Positions 39,134 to 41,107 of a DNA stretch of 41,107 bases are shown in pieces; the first letter of the stretch is position 1; every line of letters begins with the position of its first letter. Source of the DNA: Candidatus Sigynarchaeum calidifontis (GTDB lineage: Archaea > Asgardarchaeota > Lokiarchaeia > Sigyniarchaeales > Sigyniarchaeaceae). Below the pieces are notes generated by a model, which saw only the letters and a list, made by a program, of their open reading frames with translations, had not been told where the DNA came from and made no database searches. The stretch spans positions 1 to 41,107 of the forward strand of contig JAUQYZ020000173.1 of the NCBI GenBank assembly GCA_030587475.2. Direction: 5' to 3'. The position numbers were made by a program, and so were the translations under genes.

Positions 39134-40432
39134 ATGGTAACGATAAAGCCATTCAAGGGATACCGGTACAACCCGGCAAAGATCACGAACCTGGCCAGCG
39201 TGGTGACCCCTCCTTACGATGTAATCTCCGACGCGCAGCGTGAAATGTTTGCCAAGCGTTCCGAGTACAATTATGTCCATCTCATTCTTCCGAAGGGTGA
39301 TCGAGGCGATAAATATGCGATCAGCGCTGCGCTCTTGAAGCAATGGATCGATGTCGGCGTGTTCGTTCAAGATCACGAGGAATCAATTTACATCTATGCT
39401 CACGCGTTCACGCACGCTGGAAAGGAATACACCCGCCTCGGCTTCGTCGCTCTGGTGGAGATCGAGCCGCTCGGCAAGAGCGTGCTCCCGCACGAGAAGA
39501 CATTCCCGAAGCCGATGGAGGACCGGCTCAAGTTGATGGAAGCGAACAAGGCGAACCTGGAACAGATCTTTTTCATCTACAACGATAAACCAAAGATTAT
39601 CGAAAATATCATCCAAAAGGCCATCGCCGGCAAGCCGGAGGACGAGAAATTCACGGATGATGATGGAGGCGTCCAGCGACTCTGGCGCGTTTCCGACAAG
39701 GCGGTCATCGCGGCAATCGTGAAGGAGATGCAAAAGCAGCAGTGCGTGATCGCCGATGGCCATCATAGGTACAAGACATCTGCTGAATTCCAGGCCAGGC
39801 ATCCCGAGATCGAGGCCGCCCGGTACCGCATGACCGCGTTCGTCAATTCGTCGAACCCTGGCTTGCTCATTCTACCAACAAACCGTATCCTTTTCAATAT
39901 CAAGAATGTTGATCTCGAAAAGGTGCTCGGCACGCTCGCGACCTACTTCGAGATCGAACGCATGCCATCTGTCGAGCACATGGTCGAAAAAATGCGTTCG
40001 ATTTCTGGAAAAAAAGGAAAGGAAGGCGTGAAAAAAAACGTGCTCGGCATGCAATGCAACATGGACGGTAACTCTTACCTCCTCACGCTCAAGGATCCCG
40101 CCATCCTGGACGGGAAGTATCCCGACCAATCCATCGGATACCGGCACCTTGACTTGAACATCTTGCACAAGATCGTCATCGAGGAATGCATCGGGATCAA
40201 GGACGACGCCCTCGAAATCGGGAAAAACATCGAATATGTCAAGGGTGTCGAAGAGACCATGAAGAAAATGCAAGACACGAAAAAATACCAGTTTGGTTTT
40301 TATGTCAATGCCGTGCTCGTTGATGAAATCTTCCAGGTCACGCGCACGGGCGAGGTCATGCCGCACAAGACCACGTTCTTCTATCCAAAGATGTACAGTG
40401 GCCTCGTTTTCTGGAAGATGGATGCGAAATGA
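39134..40432 (+). CDS. DUF1015-family protein
   Basis: PFKGYRY, PPYDVIS, LPHEKT, IADGHHRY, MPHKTTFFYPK. Confidence 0.92.
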   Translation: MVTIKPFKGYRYNPAKITNLASVVTPPYDVISDAQREMFAKRSEYNYVHLILPKGDRGDKYAISAALLKQWIDVGVFVQDHEESIYIYAHAFTHAGKEYTRLGFVALVEIEPLGKSVLPHEKTFPKPMEDRLKLMEANKANLEQIFFIYNDKPKIIENIIQKAIAGKPEDEKFTDDDGGVQRLWRVSDKAVIAAIVKEMQKQQCVIADGHHRYKTSAEFQARHPEIEAARYRMTAFVNSSNPGLLILPTNRILFNIKNVDLEKVLGTLATYFEIERMPSVEHMVEKMRSISGKKGKEGVKKNVLGMQCNMDGNSYLLTLKDPAILDGKYPDQSIGYRHLDLNILHKIVIEECIGIKDDALEIGKNIEYVKGVEETMKKMQDTKKYQFGFYVNAVLVDEIFQVTRTGEVMPHKTTFFYPKMYSGLVFWKMDAK

Positions 40433-40521
40433 CCTTGCATTTGTTATCACGGCACAAGGGAACTTTATATTGCCAACACGTGCTTGTATCTGTTAGCACG
40501 GATTGATGCGAGCAGATTACC

Positions 40522-41019
40522 ATGTCGAATCGGGTCATCATCAAGAGCTTCGCTTACGAGGATCCCATCTCGTATATAGAGCACATCGACACGCCATCCC
40601 ACCAGGTGAAGTTTACCGAGAAGCTGGCCACGAGCCGTGTCATTCCCGAGATCGCACAGAAGCTCGGGAAGGCGATCCGTGACCGGAAACTCAAGCTTGT
40701 CGTTTTCTCGGGATCATGGTGCAAGGACTGCCAGGAAGTGATCCCCGCCCTTGCCAAGATATGCCAGGTAACGAGTATCCCCATGAAGATCCTTGGCGGG
40801 GCGAAATTCAGCCAGCAAAAGCCCCCGACGTGGCATGTCCCCCCCTCGCCACCAGAAATGAACGAGCTGAACATCGAACGCATCCCCGCGATCCTTTTCA
40901 TCGACAAGAACGGCGTGGAGGTTCTCCGCTTTTACGAGCGCCCGCCCGCTGGTAAATCCTTGGAGCACCATTTGCTCGATCTCGTCGAGTCGAAGGTGCT
41001 GTTGCTCATTGATGCTTGA
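40522..41019 (+). CDS. Thioredoxin-family protein
   Basis: SWCKDC active site and RIP cis-Pro motif. Confidence 0.85.
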   Translation: MSNRVIIKSFAYEDPISYIEHIDTPSHQVKFTEKLATSRVIPEIAQKLGKAIRDRKLKLVVFSGSWCKDCQEVIPALAKICQVTSIPMKILGGAKFSQQKPPTWHVPPSPPEMNELNIERIPAILFIDKNGVEVLRFYERPPAGKSLEHHLLDLVESKVLLLIDA

Positions 41020-41038
41020 ATCGACCAGGATTTTTTCT

Positions 41039-41107
41039 ATGAAGGTGTTGATCGTCCCCTCCGGAGACGAAAAACCGAGACACGATGCTTCGGCATCAAG
41101 GACGACA
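41039..41107 (+). CDS. 5' end of an ORF running off the window
   Basis: MKVLIVPSGD..., 19 bp after the thioredoxin stop. Confidence 0.4.
   Translation, partial: MKVLIVPSGDEKPRHDASASRTT

Noticed and set aside
40522-41019. Selenoprotein candidates (thioredoxin, HypE, YkgJ)
   Set aside because: All redox/metal positions are Cys codons; no in-frame TGA was found.

Overview
Archaeal chromosomal window, most consistent with a moderately GC-rich Asgard archaeon (Lokiarchaeia/Sigynarchaeales-like; lineage is inferred). Archaeal markers are uL16/L10e, TFB, an archaeal/eukaryotic-type IleRS and a VapB/VapC pair. Housekeeping and metabolic genes (ileS 3' part, rpl10e, tfb, hypE, ppdK, DUF1015, thioredoxin) are mixed with carbohydrate/surface genes (GH106-like hydrolase, beta-propeller/PKD surface protein, flippase-like transporter, BNR protein, polysaccharide deacetylase) and many hypotheticals. 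Main observations: (1) an otherwise intact ppdK carries one in-frame amber (TAG) codon, while TAG ends only 1 of ~34 called genes, and that TAG also reads in-frame into the next gene, so amber recoding (pyrrolysine-like) is a candidate; (2) a 'double-slot' island at 30.3-35.4 kb, where duplicated 3' ends of two convergent genes suggest two alternative cargo cassettes stacked in tandem; (3) a tyrosine-recombinase fragment joined into ileS at the window start; (4) several unusual proteins (basic/acidic disordered Zn-finger protein, split TFIIB/cyclin-fold protein, catalytically dead alpha/beta-hydrolase); (5) pseudogenes whose breakpoints carry short tandem duplications. No rRNA, tRNA or CRISPR array was recognised.
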